Origin: Calcarisporiella thermophila CBS 279.70
Taxonomy: Eukaryota > Fungi > Calcarisporiellomycota
DNA length: 64,000 nucleotides
Assembly (NCBI RefSeq): GCF_041956535.1
Contig: NW_027192214.1
Coordinates: forward strand, 363,309-427,308
Reading direction: 5' to 3'
Under the pieces are notes generated by a model, which was given only the letters and a program-made list of their open reading frames with translations, was not told the DNA's origin and did no database searches. The position numbers were made by a program, and so were the translations under genes. Each line of letters starts with the position of its first letter. Position 1 is the stretch's first letter. Below, one piece after another: positions 23,614-37,321 of this stretch.

Positions 23614-26600
23614 TCAGGGACTGAATGCCTCAGGGAGTTGGAAATCATCGCCGGGGTCCAGCTCAAGCGCCTTTTTCGCCTCGGCTTCTTTGGAGCCGGT
23701 AAGCACCCGGAGCACCTTTAGGATCGAGTCCGGATCGGACTCCAGCAGTTCCCCAAGCGTCTCCAACACTCTCGCAAAGCGCCCGACCTTCGCAAGGTAG
23801 AGGGTGGATGCGGCATTCTCGATCCGCGTCACCAAGTTTTCGAAGATGCGGAGCAGCTGCTCATCCTCCGCATCGTCGCGAACATGGAAGGTGAGTAGGC
23901 CGTGCATGTAGTCCTGGCGAGAATTGGGTGGGGTCGGGTTGCCAGAGGCCACGCGCTCCAGGCGTAGGCAGAGGTAGCCGAGCGAGCGGATCAGGTTCGG
24001 GTCAAACATCGGCGAGGAGATATCCACCTCCTCCTGCTCCTCCACCGTCGCTTGCGGGGATATCTCTTCCGGCGGCGCCTTGCTGATTTGCTGTGTTCGC
24101 TCAAAGGATATTCGCGAAGGGGGTAAAGAGACTCTATGTTTATCGATTGGCCCTTGGTCGGCCGCAGCGGCGGGCAAATGTGCAGAGTCCAAGAGTTCCA
24201 CGCGCATTGCTAATGCCTTTGGATAAACCAGCGAGATCTCCTCCGGGGTTTCCAGGCCCTTGAGCTTACGCTCTCCAAGTCTCATCACCCCAAATCCTAG
24301 CCCTTTCAGTGCCAGCACATCCCGTGCCAATTCCTCCGCGAGCAGCTGCCCATCTCGTGTGGCCTCGTCCAGAAGCCCCTCGAGCGCCCGCACCTCGGCC
24401 AACACATCGCGCGAGATGCAAATCTGGCCACCATCCGCCACGCTGCAAATACGCGATGCGCGGTTGACCATCGGCCCAAAGTAGTCCATTCGTTGGGTAA
24501 TTGGGTCGACTTCGCACACAGGCGTGCCCCAATGCACTCCCATACGCACGCTTAGCCCACGATAAATTACCTGGTCCATCGTACCAGGCGCGATGATCTC
24601 GCGGCAGTCCTCCGATTCGAGGATCTCCTGCGGCCAATCTGCCTCGAGCAATTGCAACTGCACGTTGAAGCACCACAAGAGGGCAGAGGTGACCGACGGG
24701 AAGGAGACAATGAAAGCGTCCCCTTCAGTCTTCACCTCATATCCACCGATTGTGCGCATCAGGCGGCGCATGATGGAGTTGTGCGTCTTAATTGCGGAGC
24801 GCATTGCGACATACATGGTTTCCCAGAGGAGAGTAGAATTCTTGATGTCTGTGAAGACGAGCGCAACCTGGCCCACGGGAGGCTCCACCTCACGTCCCAA
24901 TCGAGCAAGCATCTGTATTGAATTGACATCAATAAGGGGAATTGAATAGAGAGATAGAAATAGAAAAAAAAAAGCTTACCGAATCCCCAGGAACCTCGTA
25001 GTTGCCGGGGCGCCCATTGATGCGCCCGGTGGCACCTCCTCCGCGCCCTACTTTGAGTCGACGATCTCTGCGATGGAACATGTCCCCTATCCCGATCACC
25101 ATCACCATCACGTTTTCGTCCGCCCCATAAGTGATCGCAAAGTCCCGCAGTTTTTGCGCGGCAAGCATCAAATCCTCACGTTGACTTCGAGCCACATCGA
25201 CTGCGGTCTGGTAGGTGATACGGTCCCACAGGGCACGACTCGCCATAATGACGAATTCGTCCTGGCCGGAGAGCTCGATGGACTCGATGTAGGGATTGGC
25301 ATTCACGGCTGGGAGAAGATCGTAGTGTCCATAGCTGCGAGACACCTCCAGCTCTCCGTTTAGCAGCCCTTGTGGCGATACATAGCCGCCAGAGTTGCGG
25401 ATTCTGGCCACCTCATTTGGATTCCACGGGATGTGTTTTTGCGAGATCAGGTGGGCAACACCATCCCTGGACACAACGGCGAGCGCATCCCCGACATTGG
25501 CAACGTAGAGCTGTGATCCACTGATATAGACCACCAATGCCGACGCACCCGAATTCTCCGTCGCGCCAACAGGGCCCAGCTCGCGATTGAGGTTGAGGAA
25601 TGTCCGTCGCAAGCCGTTCACCGCGCTGGATTGGTCGTCCACTTTACGCAACTCCGTAATCAGCCGGTACGTAAACCGATCACTCAAGTTTTTCGTGAGA
25701 CGGCAACCGTCGTCACTGGGCATGTGTCCGTCGAAGAGTGCAAACAGGCACTCATCGTCGCGCCCACGGAAGCGTGGCACCACAACATCCCAAGTCGTTA
25801 GATGCTCAAGCCGACCAAGCGTGTCAGCCATTCCATACGAGATGTTGTTCACCTCCGAAGCAGAAGTGCGGATACGCCGGTCCTCAGTTTCATCTGGCAC
25901 CGAGACCATCAGGGTGACATCCATTAAACCAAGGACCCGCATCCGGGTCAAGGCCCCGAACTCGGCGAGATGTTTGTCGCGAGAGTTGCCGTCCGGTTGG
26001 TAATGGTGCTTGATTTCCAAACGCTTGTTGCCCGAGAGATTCAAATATTTTAGCCCAAGGTTCCAATTCCTGTAGAGGTTACGAGAAAAGGCGAGTGGGT
26101 TAGCGTTGATAGGCTTAGCAGCCAAATGAACACAACTATAACTCACCAGTTCCAGTCGTACGGCCAATTTGTAATGTTGTATTTGAGCATGTTGTTTCCA
26201 ACGTCAAGCATCACCAGCTTGCGCAGTTTGCCAAGTTCGGCTGGTAGCGTTTGCAGCTTGTTGCCGTTGAGACATAGCACTCGCAAATAGCTCAGCTTCT
26301 CTATATCATCGACTGGCAACGAGGTGAGGTGATTGCCCGAGAGGTACAGCTCCTGGAGATGTTGGTGGCACAGACTTTCAGGCGGGATCTCAAAGAGCTT
26401 GTTTAAGGACAGGTTTAATACGCGCAACTCCGTGAAGACGGAGAGCGGCACAAACACATCGTCTGTAAAAAGGTTATCGCCAAGGAAGAGGTTGTGAAGC
26501 GAGAAGGCTAGGGGAGGCGGGTGATTGCGGGGCGAGGAGAAGATGGAGGGAGGATTAAATATATCATCGGTGACCTCTTGTTCGGATCCATCGTTTTGAG

Positions 26601-29600
26601 TGTCGGGGAGCGTCAGCGAGTGCCGCGGGGTGGTAACGGTGGATGCTGACAAGACGTTGTCGTTGGTGGTGGTGGTGGTGGTCGGGGGAGCTGGGAAGCT
26701 GTCGAGCAAGTTGGAACTTGCGTTCAGGGTCTCCAGTGACCCGCACAACCACAGTTCTTTGGGCAGCGCCTTCAAGTTATTCTGATGCACCTCGAGCACT
26801 TTCAAATGGGAGAGCGAGCTAAGTTCCGAGGGCAAGCGCGCCAACACATTGTTCTGGCAGCTCAGATACGTGAGCCTGGTCAGTTTGGAGATGGAGCTTG
26901 GGAGAGTGACGAAATGGTTGTTGTCCAACACAAGCCGCTCGATCGTGGCCACATGCTCGAACAGGCTTTCCGGCAAGGAAGTGAGTTTGCTAGAGGCCAA
27001 ATTCAAATAGGTGAGGTTCCAGGAGCCCAGCTCGACGGGCGCCGTCGGCACGAGGTCGAACTGCGTCAAGTGGTTCTTCTTCAACGACAGCTCGCGCAGC
27101 GACAAGAAACCCGTCTGCAGGACGCTAATGTTGTTGTAGTCGCACAAGAGGACCTCGAGCTTGGGCAGCCGCGAGACAATGCCTATATCGGTAATCAGGT
27201 TTTGCCTTAGGTCGAGCTCGCGTAGCTCGACGAGATTCAGCAATGCCTTGGGAAGACTCCCGCTGATTTGGTTTCCAACGAGGAGCAAACGGCGCAGACT
27301 AGCGAGTCGCCCAATTTCCTCCGGGATCTGCGTCAACTTGTTGAAGCTGATGTCGAGCTGTTCGAGCGTCACTATTTTAGTGATGACGAGAGGAAAGGTG
27401 GAGAAGTAGTTGTTCGACAAATTCAAGTAGCACAGCTGTTCAAGGCGCTCGAATCCCGAAGGAATCGTTTCGAGTCGGTTGTTGTAAAGCCACAGGTTGG
27501 TCAGCTCACGCAACGCATCGAGGCGCCCCAGTTCCACATCCCGAAGCCGATTATTGGAGAGGTCAAGGTGGGTGAGGGTCTCAATGTGCTGCAAGCTCGA
27601 CGGGATATGCCGCATGTCATTGTGCGACAGCAACAGCTCCCGCAGGGAAGTGCACATTTGCGCAAAATCCATGGGTATCTCTAGGCCGTAATTCTTCGAC
27701 ATATTCAGGGTGAAGATCTCCTTGGCGTGTTTGTAGAGGAAAATTGGTATGGTGGGCAGATTGCGCGATTGGAGGTCAATGTACTGGAAGCTCTTCAAGT
27801 GGATCTCATCCTCCTAAAATAAATCTAATTAGATCGAGTTTTTCTGGGCGAGAATCCCAGGTCCTAAGTGGGGGGTTACCAGTGGCACTTGGAGGATCGT
27901 AGCCTGTCCAAACGTAAAGCGCAATAAATATGAATTGTCCTCCCTGCCGAGGTCCTCGATATTATCCTGGTCCGTGTAGCCCATGCGTTCAAGCAATCGT
28001 TTTTGGAAAAGGAGGGGTCTCTCATGCGCCTGCAGTGCTCGCTCTGCGGAAAAGGGAGGGTTCAATGTTGGCAAATAGCATTCCCAATCCGATGTGAACT
28101 TACCCAGCGAATGCCGTCTAACATAGAGAGAGTATTTGCTGATATCGTTGACAAAAAATTTTCTGGCTAGCATCTGACACAGCTCAGCTGTGGTGGTATT
28201 AAGTGAGCACGAAACGGTTGCGAACGTGCCATCCGACCGAAATATCCGTATGCAATACTACAGAGGAAATAGAATGAGAACATCCTCCCCTTTATCTTGG
28301 AGTGGAAATGAAATGGAGGGGGACCTACGTTTTTGTTGTTAATGTCATAGTTCCAATCCCGCCCTTCCGCAAGGTTGACATCGTCTTCCTCCTCCTCCTC
28401 TTGCACACCAAGCAGGATATTGGGTGGGGTAGGTAGCTGGACACCCCAGCTTTCTGGAGGGCTCCAAGGCTCGGCAGAAGAAGCCGAGGACTGCATTTGC
28501 GACATCCATGGTGCTATTTCAAGGAGATCATTATTTTTTGGGTCGGATTCGTTAATGTTACTCCGGCCAGAACCCGATTTTTTTCCGAGGTAAAGAGATA
28601 TGGCACTGGGAACGGCATTTTTGTCGATGATGCCCTCCATATCTTCTAAATTAAGAGGCACTAAAAGGGAGGGATAAGCGATGGCGTCAATCATAATCTG
28701 AAAAGACACCCCAACTTACGGCTTATATCTATTATATTCTCAGGCTATTAAGATAATAAACACGAAGCAAATGTGAGTGAAAATGTCTGCTAAAGTAAGC
28801 AATGTTTGTGGTTGAGTTTTTTTTTATTTTTACCTTGTTAAGGCTAGCTCTCCTACGGGTGGACTGACTCCAAGGAGCTAGGCCCGAGTCTATACTACCA
28901 TCTTCTTTTCTAGAATTCGATCGTTCTAGCGACACTTCAGAGGCACCTTCATGTAGAGTGGCAGAAGATATACTGCTTTTGTTTGAACTCCCATATTTGT
29001 CGATGGCCCCCGGACTATTACTGATTGAGTAGCCAGTCTCATTCATCGAAAAGCCAGGTACAAAGGGTGAAGGCATTCGAAGAGTTCCTGGTGAACAGGG
29101 AAGTAAACATGAGCTGTCAAGCAAAGTACTCAGTATCTTAGAAGCCTCACCATCTGGAGATAAATTATCCTTCCCTTTCCGTTTGGTAAATCGCGAGAAG
29201 AGACCTCGCTTCTCTTTCGTAGGCGTACCATGCGACAATGGCAGGTGTAGAGGCGAAGGGGAGGGCGGTTTGATGGGTACATCCTGGCCGATATAACCAA
29301 CACGCGATTGCTCCGCAATGCGTGCGAGATCGCGCTGTAAACTTTCCGTGCCTTCTGAGGATGCAGTTTTTTGGTGCCCGTAGAAAAGCTGCCGTCCGCC
29401 TCGTGCATCATTGGGAGAGAGATGAGATCGCAGGGATCCTGATGGTTTGAGCGAGGGAGATGATGACTTTTCATTACGATGAAAGGAATCTAGCGGGACT
29501 CGAGAAGAACCGTCCCCCTCATAGCCAGGGAAGATGGCGTCCGTTGATGCTCGCCGATGATCCATGCGCAGTGATTTCGTGGAGGAGGACGCTGAAGAGC

Positions 29601-29793
29601 CCTGCTCCAGAGGGACGGAGGAGGAATCGGGCGGAGGACTTGGAGGATTTCCAAGGAGGAAGCGAGGCCGAGTGTGGTCGCTGGTACCTTCTCTAGACCT
29701 CTTTCGGTGGGTTCGATAGAACGTGGATGGAGAGGGATGCTGGCTAAGCGGTGGGGGATTGGGCAAAGGATTATGCGGTCCTCCCCCTTGCAT
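23614..29793 (-). CDS. CYR1: Fungal adenylate cyclase (RA, LRR, PP2C-like and cyclase domains); multi-exon
   Basis: PPESWGV, long LRR array, NWPYDWNW, PP2C-like domain, catalytic VFTDIKNST...YEVKTEGDAF...MDYFGPMVNRASR. Confidence 0.96.
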
Positions 29794-30939
29794 TATCTTT
29801 GTGGAGAAGAAATCTTTTGATCTCTCCCGGTGTCTATCAATCTAGTTCTTTCCAATCGAATTGGAATGCCCCTCTTCAGCTGCGCAGACGGTACGCGACC
29901 GGATTCTGTGTTCTATTGAGGAAAGAGAGGAATTATTAACAATACAAAGTCCGGTTTTTCACTCCTCTCCCAGTTGTGGCTTGAGTTTTGTGTTCAAATT
30001 CTCTTTCTGACGTTCTAACTTTGGAGGGATGGTCTTCTCGTGCAATCGAGCCTTTTTGCCTAAAACCTTTTGGAAACCCAAACGCAGCCTAGTCGAGTTG
30101 CACTCCCGCGCACAGAGCTCGGTGGGCGCGACCATGTAGAGCCCGGAGCTGTAGAGCGCTGCAAAGAGGCCGGAGGAAAGCGCATCGGCCCCATCGCGTA
30201 CCCTTCCCCCGCTCAACCAACAGACCACACGCCTGTTCCAGCCTTGGTGCCGCAGCAGCCCCAAGGGTTGAGAGCGAGAGGTATTCTTGTGCAGGAGTCC
30301 ACCCCGAGGCCGACTGAAACTGAAAATTAACTCTAATGGCTTAGAAACTCTGCAAAAAACGGCCGTTTGGGATTGACCCATTTTTTTCCACCGTTATTAC
30401 CATCCATTCCCCGGTTTTACTGGCCGGCCTCTTCCATCATACCCTATATTAGCGAGGAAGCAAGAAAATCGGGAAGCTCCAAAGACGCGCATATACGGGC
30501 CATTTGCCCCCATTCCCTATTCTTTTCGCTTCCAAGTCCTCTGCATCGAGCTTTCCCCGGAGGCCATGCGATTATGTCTCCCCTAAAGTGCGCACAATGC
30601 AACCACTACGTGTAAGTGATTTAGCTCTTGTGATCATCTCTGCCGGGCTGCCCATTCACACCTGTGTCGGCTATGAAGTTTTGTACTAGATTCCATTTCC
30701 ATTAATAACCAAATCTATCATCCGGCCGTAAGCATGATCCTTCCTTGGGATTCCATAGTAGAATTCTAATCATGGCCATTGTATCTTTTATCAGTGCTTT
30801 ACTTGTCATCTCTGTAAAACGCATCTCACCTCTAACGACTTCATCCTCTATGATCGTAATCCCTATTGCCTTAAGCACGTCCCGATTCGAAAAGCTGAAA
30901 CTCCAAAAATGATTCGAAATCCAGGTTAGCTCGTGATGG

Positions 30940-33900
30940 TTGCTAAGTTGTTGCCCGAAGGCGTTTTTAACTGAAAAAGTAACCTGCATCGTAGGAATAG
31001 TTAATGCACCCAACAGTCGTGCCGATTCCCATTGCCTTAATAACACCTCAACTTCGAGTAATTCTGACGCGAAGCGCTCCTCACAAAATAGTAGTATTGA
31101 TGAGTGGCTTTTGCGTCTTTCACAATGCGATGTCGATGTCAATCTTTCCCATATCAACTCTGCCTCCACCCCCATTCAGACACATGCACCTCACCCTGCT
31201 GCAACCCCCACCCCCTCCGCCAACCCGGCATCCCCACTCCATAGGTCCCCCTCATTAGAACAAGCATCGACTTTGCAGCTACAGAGTGACCTCTCCCTAT
31301 CCTCTCCCTCGCTTGCTGACTCTTCGCCCAACCGTTCACAGCTATTGTCAACGCCAGTGTCCTCGATGGAGAACTTGCCCATCTGGAAACAATACGCTAC
31401 CTCCCCGATTGACAAAGCGGGATTTTACTCGTATAACTTTTCCGGCTCCTCCGCCTCTTGCGAACATCAGCACCCTAGCAAACTAACGATGATGCCCGTG
31501 AGCCCAACCAAATCCGAATATATCCTCCGCCGTCGTGACTCCAGCGACACGCTTTATTCACAAAAATCCAATGTATCGAATTCTGCATTGAGACTGACTT
31601 CCCGGCTCTCCAACATCAAGTCTTCGATAGTGGGGGTAACGCAGTCGATGAAGAATCTAGCTCACCGCGCCTCGGTCCGAAGAGGGACCCCAAGGCGATC
31701 CTCGGAAAAAACCCTCAATTGGACACCAAAGCTTGGAAACTCGCCCCCCTCCACCTCTCCTTCCAGCGGGCAGTTCTCGACTTCACCCGCCAGCTCGCTA
31801 AGGAGCTCCGATGTCGTTCGAAACGAACCTGGCATGGAGGTGCGCCCGTCACCGAGAGAGTGTGTAAAATCGCTCGAAACCTCGACTGAGAGCGGCAAGG
31901 AGAACCTCCCCGAGCCTATCTTCCGTACACGCCTCACCAATTTGACGCGACGAAAGCCGGTCAAACTCTCCATCGATATGACCCTTATTCAGGCCAAGAG
32001 GGACGCGAGCGACAGCCAGGGGAGCGAGGCCGCCAGAGAGGCCTATGACAAGGACCGAACCCCGACCCAATCCAATAAGAGACTCTCGCTGCTCTCCCAG
32101 TCTCCCATGCATACTCCCGTGGACGAGAGGGCAGCCCAGTCTAAAGCGGGCTCTGGTAGAGGCGACGCGCAACTGGCGGAGACGCTTGGGCTAACCGATC
32201 CCTTTGCATTCAATTGCCTCGTGGATGATTCGAAGAAGCGAAAGGTATCGAACTGTGAAACGGATTCTTGCCGCCATTGCTTCAAGGTGTTTGCTAACCC
32301 ATCCTCCCCCTCCTGAATAGACTGCCTTTTTGCAGCCCTCCCCTTCGATCATGCTTGCCAACGTGACGGTGGTCACCCTGGAAAAGTCATTGAGCAAGAA
32401 GTGTGAAGACTTGGCCCACACTCTCCAGCGGCCGTCCACCCAACCCCTGCCATGTATCGAGGATATCCTCGATATCTCAGGCCAGATCCAGAATATCGTT
32501 GCCGCCGGCGAGGGCAACGTCAAAGATCTGTCGCTTGCGCGCACGTACCTTACCGAGTGGGCGAGGCAATTGGCCCCGACCGTCATGCAAAACAAGGACA
32601 ACGAGAGAATCGTGGTGGATGCTGTGAGGGGGGTGGAGAGCACGGCTCGGGAGTGCGTGCTCGATTTCCTAGAGGGGCCTAGAAGATTGGTCGTGCCCAC
32701 CACGAAATACCAGATAGAGGGGAGAAATCGCCGCCAGGGAGGGTACGAGGTGCCGCGCCCTGCCGACCCCGGAAAGCCCGTGGACTATGGGGGCGCTGCC
32801 GTCGATCATATGGACACCGGGTGTGAGTGGTTCCGCTTCTATTTTCTCGGAAAAGAGCACCGAACCTACTGCGGCGAGGTCGAGGGGCTGGGGAAGGTGG
32901 TGATCTCCGCGGTGCGGGAGCCATTGACGAACGTGCTCGCCCCCACTTCCCCCGAGAGCGCGCGGGGGACCCACTATCAGTACCGCCTGATTGTGCGGCG
33001 GAGAGAGCTCCCCGACATCCGGCTCGTGATTCCCGAGTGGGCGGTGGCCCTCCCGCATCCCCGCTCCTTCCTCTCGCTCAGGCGGGATGCGCAGCAGGCC
33101 CAGGCTTCGCTCTGGGATGAGGTGGTGCGCATGTCCCATCCCAAGATCGACCCCGCGCACCTGCACATGCTCCCGGTGGACCCCTTCGAGTCGCGGCTGC
33201 TCAAATTGGACGAGATGCGGTTCTCGCGGCGCTACAAATTCGGGGTCCTGTACATTGCGCCCGGCCAAACGAGCGAGGAGGCGTGGTTTGCGAACCGAGA
33301 GGGCAGCGCGGCGTTCAACCGGTTCTTGGAGGTGCTCGGCCGCAAGGTCCCCCTGAAGGGATTCGACGGCTTCACGGGGGGGCTGGACACTAGAGGGGGG
33401 GAGAGCGGCGAGTGGACGTACTACGATCGAACCTGGCGCGAGTTCGAGGTTGCCTACCACGTTTCCACGCTTCTCCCCTTCCGCGAAGGCGACCGCCACC
33501 AGATCGCACGCAAACGGCACATCGGTAATGGTGAGTAGAGGAGGGGGGGGGGGGAGGGGGTGCCTCCCGGTATTCATTGCTCTTGCTAATTCGCCTTCCT
33601 CCCTTAGATATCGTTTGCCTCGTGTTCCTAGAGGGGGAGCAGGCTTTCGACCCCGCGGCCATCAAGTCCCAGTTCCTGCACATCTTCATCGTGGTGTGTC
33701 CCGAGCCGGGCGACGCATACCGCGTCGAGGTGGTGGTGGACCGCAAGGTGCCCGAGTTTGGACCCCCGCTTCCGGATCCGCCCGTGTTCCGGGATCCCAA
33801 GGAGCTCAAAGCATTTTTGCTGGCAAAAATGATTAACGGGGAGAACGCCGCCTACAAGAGCCCCCGCATCTCGGCGCCGCACCTGCGGGCACGGCAAGGC

Positions 33901-34134
33901 TACCTCGAAGACATGGTGGCCCAATCGACGAAGGGCGACTCCCCCCTTCCCGCGGAGTCTGACCCGGGTCATGGGGCCAGCGCCAAAATTCCCGTGTCCG
34001 CGGAGGCGCTGGGCAAATCCTTGTCCATGCCCACGGATTCGTCCGCGCGGCCCTCCCGACGTGCTACCACGAGCAGGCGCGAGATCAACGCAAAGAATCG
34101 ACGCTCTCGAGAAGTCATGGAAGCCGTGTCCTAG
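30940..34134 (+). CDS. Rap/Ran-GAP domain protein with long Ser-rich N-terminus (true start uncertain)
   Basis: WFRFYFLGKEH, YKFGVLY, GFTGGLD, YHVSTLLP, RKRHIGN-DIV, FLLAKMINGENAAYKS. Confidence 0.88.
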
Positions 34135-34739
34135 GGGGAGGGGAGGAGAGCGATCTCCGACGCGTGCGAAGGCCTGTGTTTTCTATTTTTGTGATCCTAT
34201 CTTTTTTATATCTTTATTGTTTCCTCCCTATATACGTGTGAATGTCCCTCTCTATATCTATCCATCTGTCTGTCTGTCTGCCTATCTAATATTTATATAT
34301 ATATATATATATATATACTTTTCATCTTGCTACTTTATTTGTTTCTTCTTACTTGCATGGTTCATTTTAGTTCATTTCTTCTATTGTAATTTTTTTCCCC
34401 CCACCTTCGATTGTGCTCTTATTCGCCCTTTTTCTGTTCTGTTGTTTCACCCCCAACCTCATTTCCTAGGCCACGCTGGACTGCTTCAGGTTTACCTAAT
34501 TTCTCAGTTAACATGAAATCTGTGTTCATTTGATTAACCATACCGAGGAGGGGAGTTAGGAGAAAACAGTCGCACGATCATGTCATCTTGGGAGAAGTTT
34601 TTCCATATTAAGCGGGCGTTGGATGGATACTTCTGACGAATTTCTAGTGTTTCGCTTTTTTTTTCCACACCTCCCTCCACTTCCTCTCTCGCCTCTTTTT
34701 TTTCCATTCTATGATCTTGAGCTGGTCTTTCCTCTCACC

Positions 34740-35384
34740 ATGAACCATCTTGGATACGCGCTTCTCCTGGCCTTCTTCATGCTGGCCGGCGCGCTCGCAC
34801 AAACCTTCAGCGCGCCCGTGATCACATCCACATCCACGACCCGCGCCGCCTCCTCGGAGAACGGCGAGAGCACCATCGACATCCCGAGCATTCCGACGGG
34901 TAGTCCCATCTGACATGATTGTTTCACCACCGAGTTCCCACCCATTAACCCTCCCCATTGCCCCATGGTAGGCTGCCCGAACTGCCCCAAGAAGAGGCCT
35001 CCCAATTGCTCCAATGTGTTCTGTGCCATGATCCAGCCCCTCTGCCCCACCGACTGTCCGCGCGGCTGCCTGTTGTACAACACGGATCCATGCTGTACCA
35101 ACCTAGGCGTGCCTTACTGCGACAACTCGCCGGTGCCAAGCACCACGCCAGGAACCTCCACTCCAAGTACGGGAGGCACCGGCACCACGCTGCCCGGAAC
35201 AACCACGCCGCCGCCGTCGACGCCGCCGACCGGCAGCCCCTCGGCGCCGTCCACGGGGGGAACAGGAGCCGTGAACACGACGACCCCGCCGCCTACCCTG
35301 TCGCCCAAGAGCGAGGCAGCCACGATGGGAATGGAGACTTGGCTACTGCTCGCGCTCTACGGTGCCTGGTACCTGCTCTTCTAG
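34740..35384 (+). CDS. Secreted, probably GPI-anchored Cys- and Ser/Thr/Pro-rich protein with an in-frame TGA at 34911..34913 (pseudogene or recoding)
   Basis: Signal peptide MNHLGYALLLAFFMLAGALA; ORFs 34623..34913 and 34965..35384 are in the same frame; hydrophobic C-terminus WLLLALYGAWYLLF. Confidence 0.7.
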
Positions 35385-37321
35385 AGATCCCCGGGGTGCA
35401 GGCCAAGACAATGAAGAAGGAGAAGGAAGGAGTCATAAAATAATCAATTCATTTCACACAAAGAAACCATCTTCTCACCCTGCACTCTAGTCCTACTCTA
35501 GTTTATTTTTTTTCTTCTCCCCTCGGGCACCTCAGGTTTCCTAGCTATGTCCCAGTTTATTGGTTTGTAATTATAGTGTTCCCTGTAGTTGTTTTATTGT
35601 TTTTTAAGTAATATAAAAAATGGACGTCCCACCATTATGATTGTATCCAAAGTTCCTTGCCACTTAGGAAAAAGGAACCCCTCTCTATTACGCGAATCCT
35701 CTGACCTCTTTCGACCCCTTTTCGCGTCTTTTGTCAAACGGCCACAACCAAACCATTCAACTCCGCCATCCACGTCTGAAACACGGCTATACCTGTGAGA
35801 AGCACAAAAGCACCAAACTCCTGTTGTAGCTCTGGAAAAGAAAAATGAAAATAAAACCTCGTGAAACCCACACTCCATCAGAGTAGCTTGTTTCTGGGGA
35901 AGGAGGAAGGGAAGAGACGCTCTGACGAAGGGGGGCAGCCGAATCCTCAGGCAATCTTGTCGAGTCTGAAATCAGTCCCCCCCCCCCCAAAGTCAAAGCC
36001 ACCAAGGCTCTCTGCGTTTCCATAGATTATGCATCAGCGGTCTTCTACGGGATTCAGCAAGGATGGCCGCTGCACCTGGACGCATCCTGGAAATGATGCA
36101 GCATCAAAAGTAAGCGACCCTCATGCCTTCCGTGGTGTGGGATTCAGTGCTGCGAAGTAGGAGAGCCAACGGCCAATGCACCCTCTCCAGCCACGCCCCA
36201 TGCATCCTAATTGATTCCGCTTTCGTTCTCTGCACGTGACGGGTGACGACGCACTGGAGAGCCGTTAGGGCGTAGGGTGCGGGAGAGAGAGAGATGCGGC
36301 AAGAAGGGAATAGCTCAGCGGGCCACGGCACCATTAGGGTTTAGCGTGACGGCGAATCGAGCTCGATCCGTGCCAAGGTGGTTGGTGGGCTAAAATTAGG
36401 ACGGGCAAACGGCAAAAATTCCGCGGTTTTCGTGGCAAATAGGAGAGCCGGTAGCGAGTGAGGGGGCAGGCTAACAATAGCCACATCGCGAGATTCGAAT
36501 TGCCCTGGAAAGAAAGGAGGCCTGGATCCGAGCGAGGATCAAGGCCTCGCGCTCTGGCTACCGTGGGCCGAAAATAATAGCCTTGGCACAGCCTCCGCAT
36601 CCACCATCGCCCCTAACACATGTGCTGTAGAGGCAAGGACGGAGTCAGCCCTCATTTAGGGCGGGGGGCTTATCGCGGGAGCTTGGAGGCAGAGGAGGGG
36701 AGTAGAGGAGCAGACCCAACCAAGCTAGAGCAAACAAAAATAGAACGATAGAGTTGATCAGTCAGGAGAAACAGGATTGCATGGATGCGATCCGTCTCCA
36801 AGCCCCTTCTCTGGGACCGCGCGCTGCTAAGCTACTGTTAGAGCCGGCTGCGTCGTGCTGCTGAGCGCCTGGGCGGCGTCGGCCGCGGAGGGTTGGGCGC
36901 GGAACCCACGCGATGGCCTGGAGAGCAGCGGACCCCTACTTTCCGGGCAGCCCACAGGGGAAGGAGGAGCCCGTGGCAGGGTGAGGCATGAGTCCTGCTG
37001 GACCAAAGCCCTTGCAACGGGGCGCGCTGATTGGGCGGGACGCTGGATTTTGAGTTGCTCAAATTTTTTTTAGACGGCTCGAATGGGCACCCACTTTTCT
37101 GTCCCTACTCTTCCCTCTTGATTGTCTTTTGACCCGCGGCTTCCAATCCTTCTCTTTGCTCATCTCCTCTCTCCCCCTACTTGGGCCCGCTTCTTCAGCT
37201 TCTAGCCTTGCATCCTCCCTCTTCTTCGCCAATTGCCCTCATCATTGCATTGAATTCACCGCTTCTGTTAAGCATTCTTCCCGCCTTTCCATTGATTCTG
37301 CATTAGTCCCGAGTGCCCATC

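Noticed and set aside
29793-30940. Divergent CYR1 / Rap-GAP pair as a signalling cluster
   Set aside because: Head-to-head neighbours are common in compact genomes; no evidence of co-regulation from sequence alone.
32669-33577. Long antisense ORFs in GC-rich genes (also 21693..22355, 38217..38831, 43856..44686)
   Set aside because: Expected shadows of high-GC3 coding sequence; no recognisable domains.
34273-34317. (AT)n tract and other microsatellites (14435..14460, 39607..39633)
   Set aside because: Ordinary simple repeats in UTR or intergenic DNA.
35600-37300. GC-rich 1.7-kb intergenic region with short ORFs
   Set aside because: No recognisable protein, RNA gene or repeat; probably KCH1 promoter or 5'UTR.
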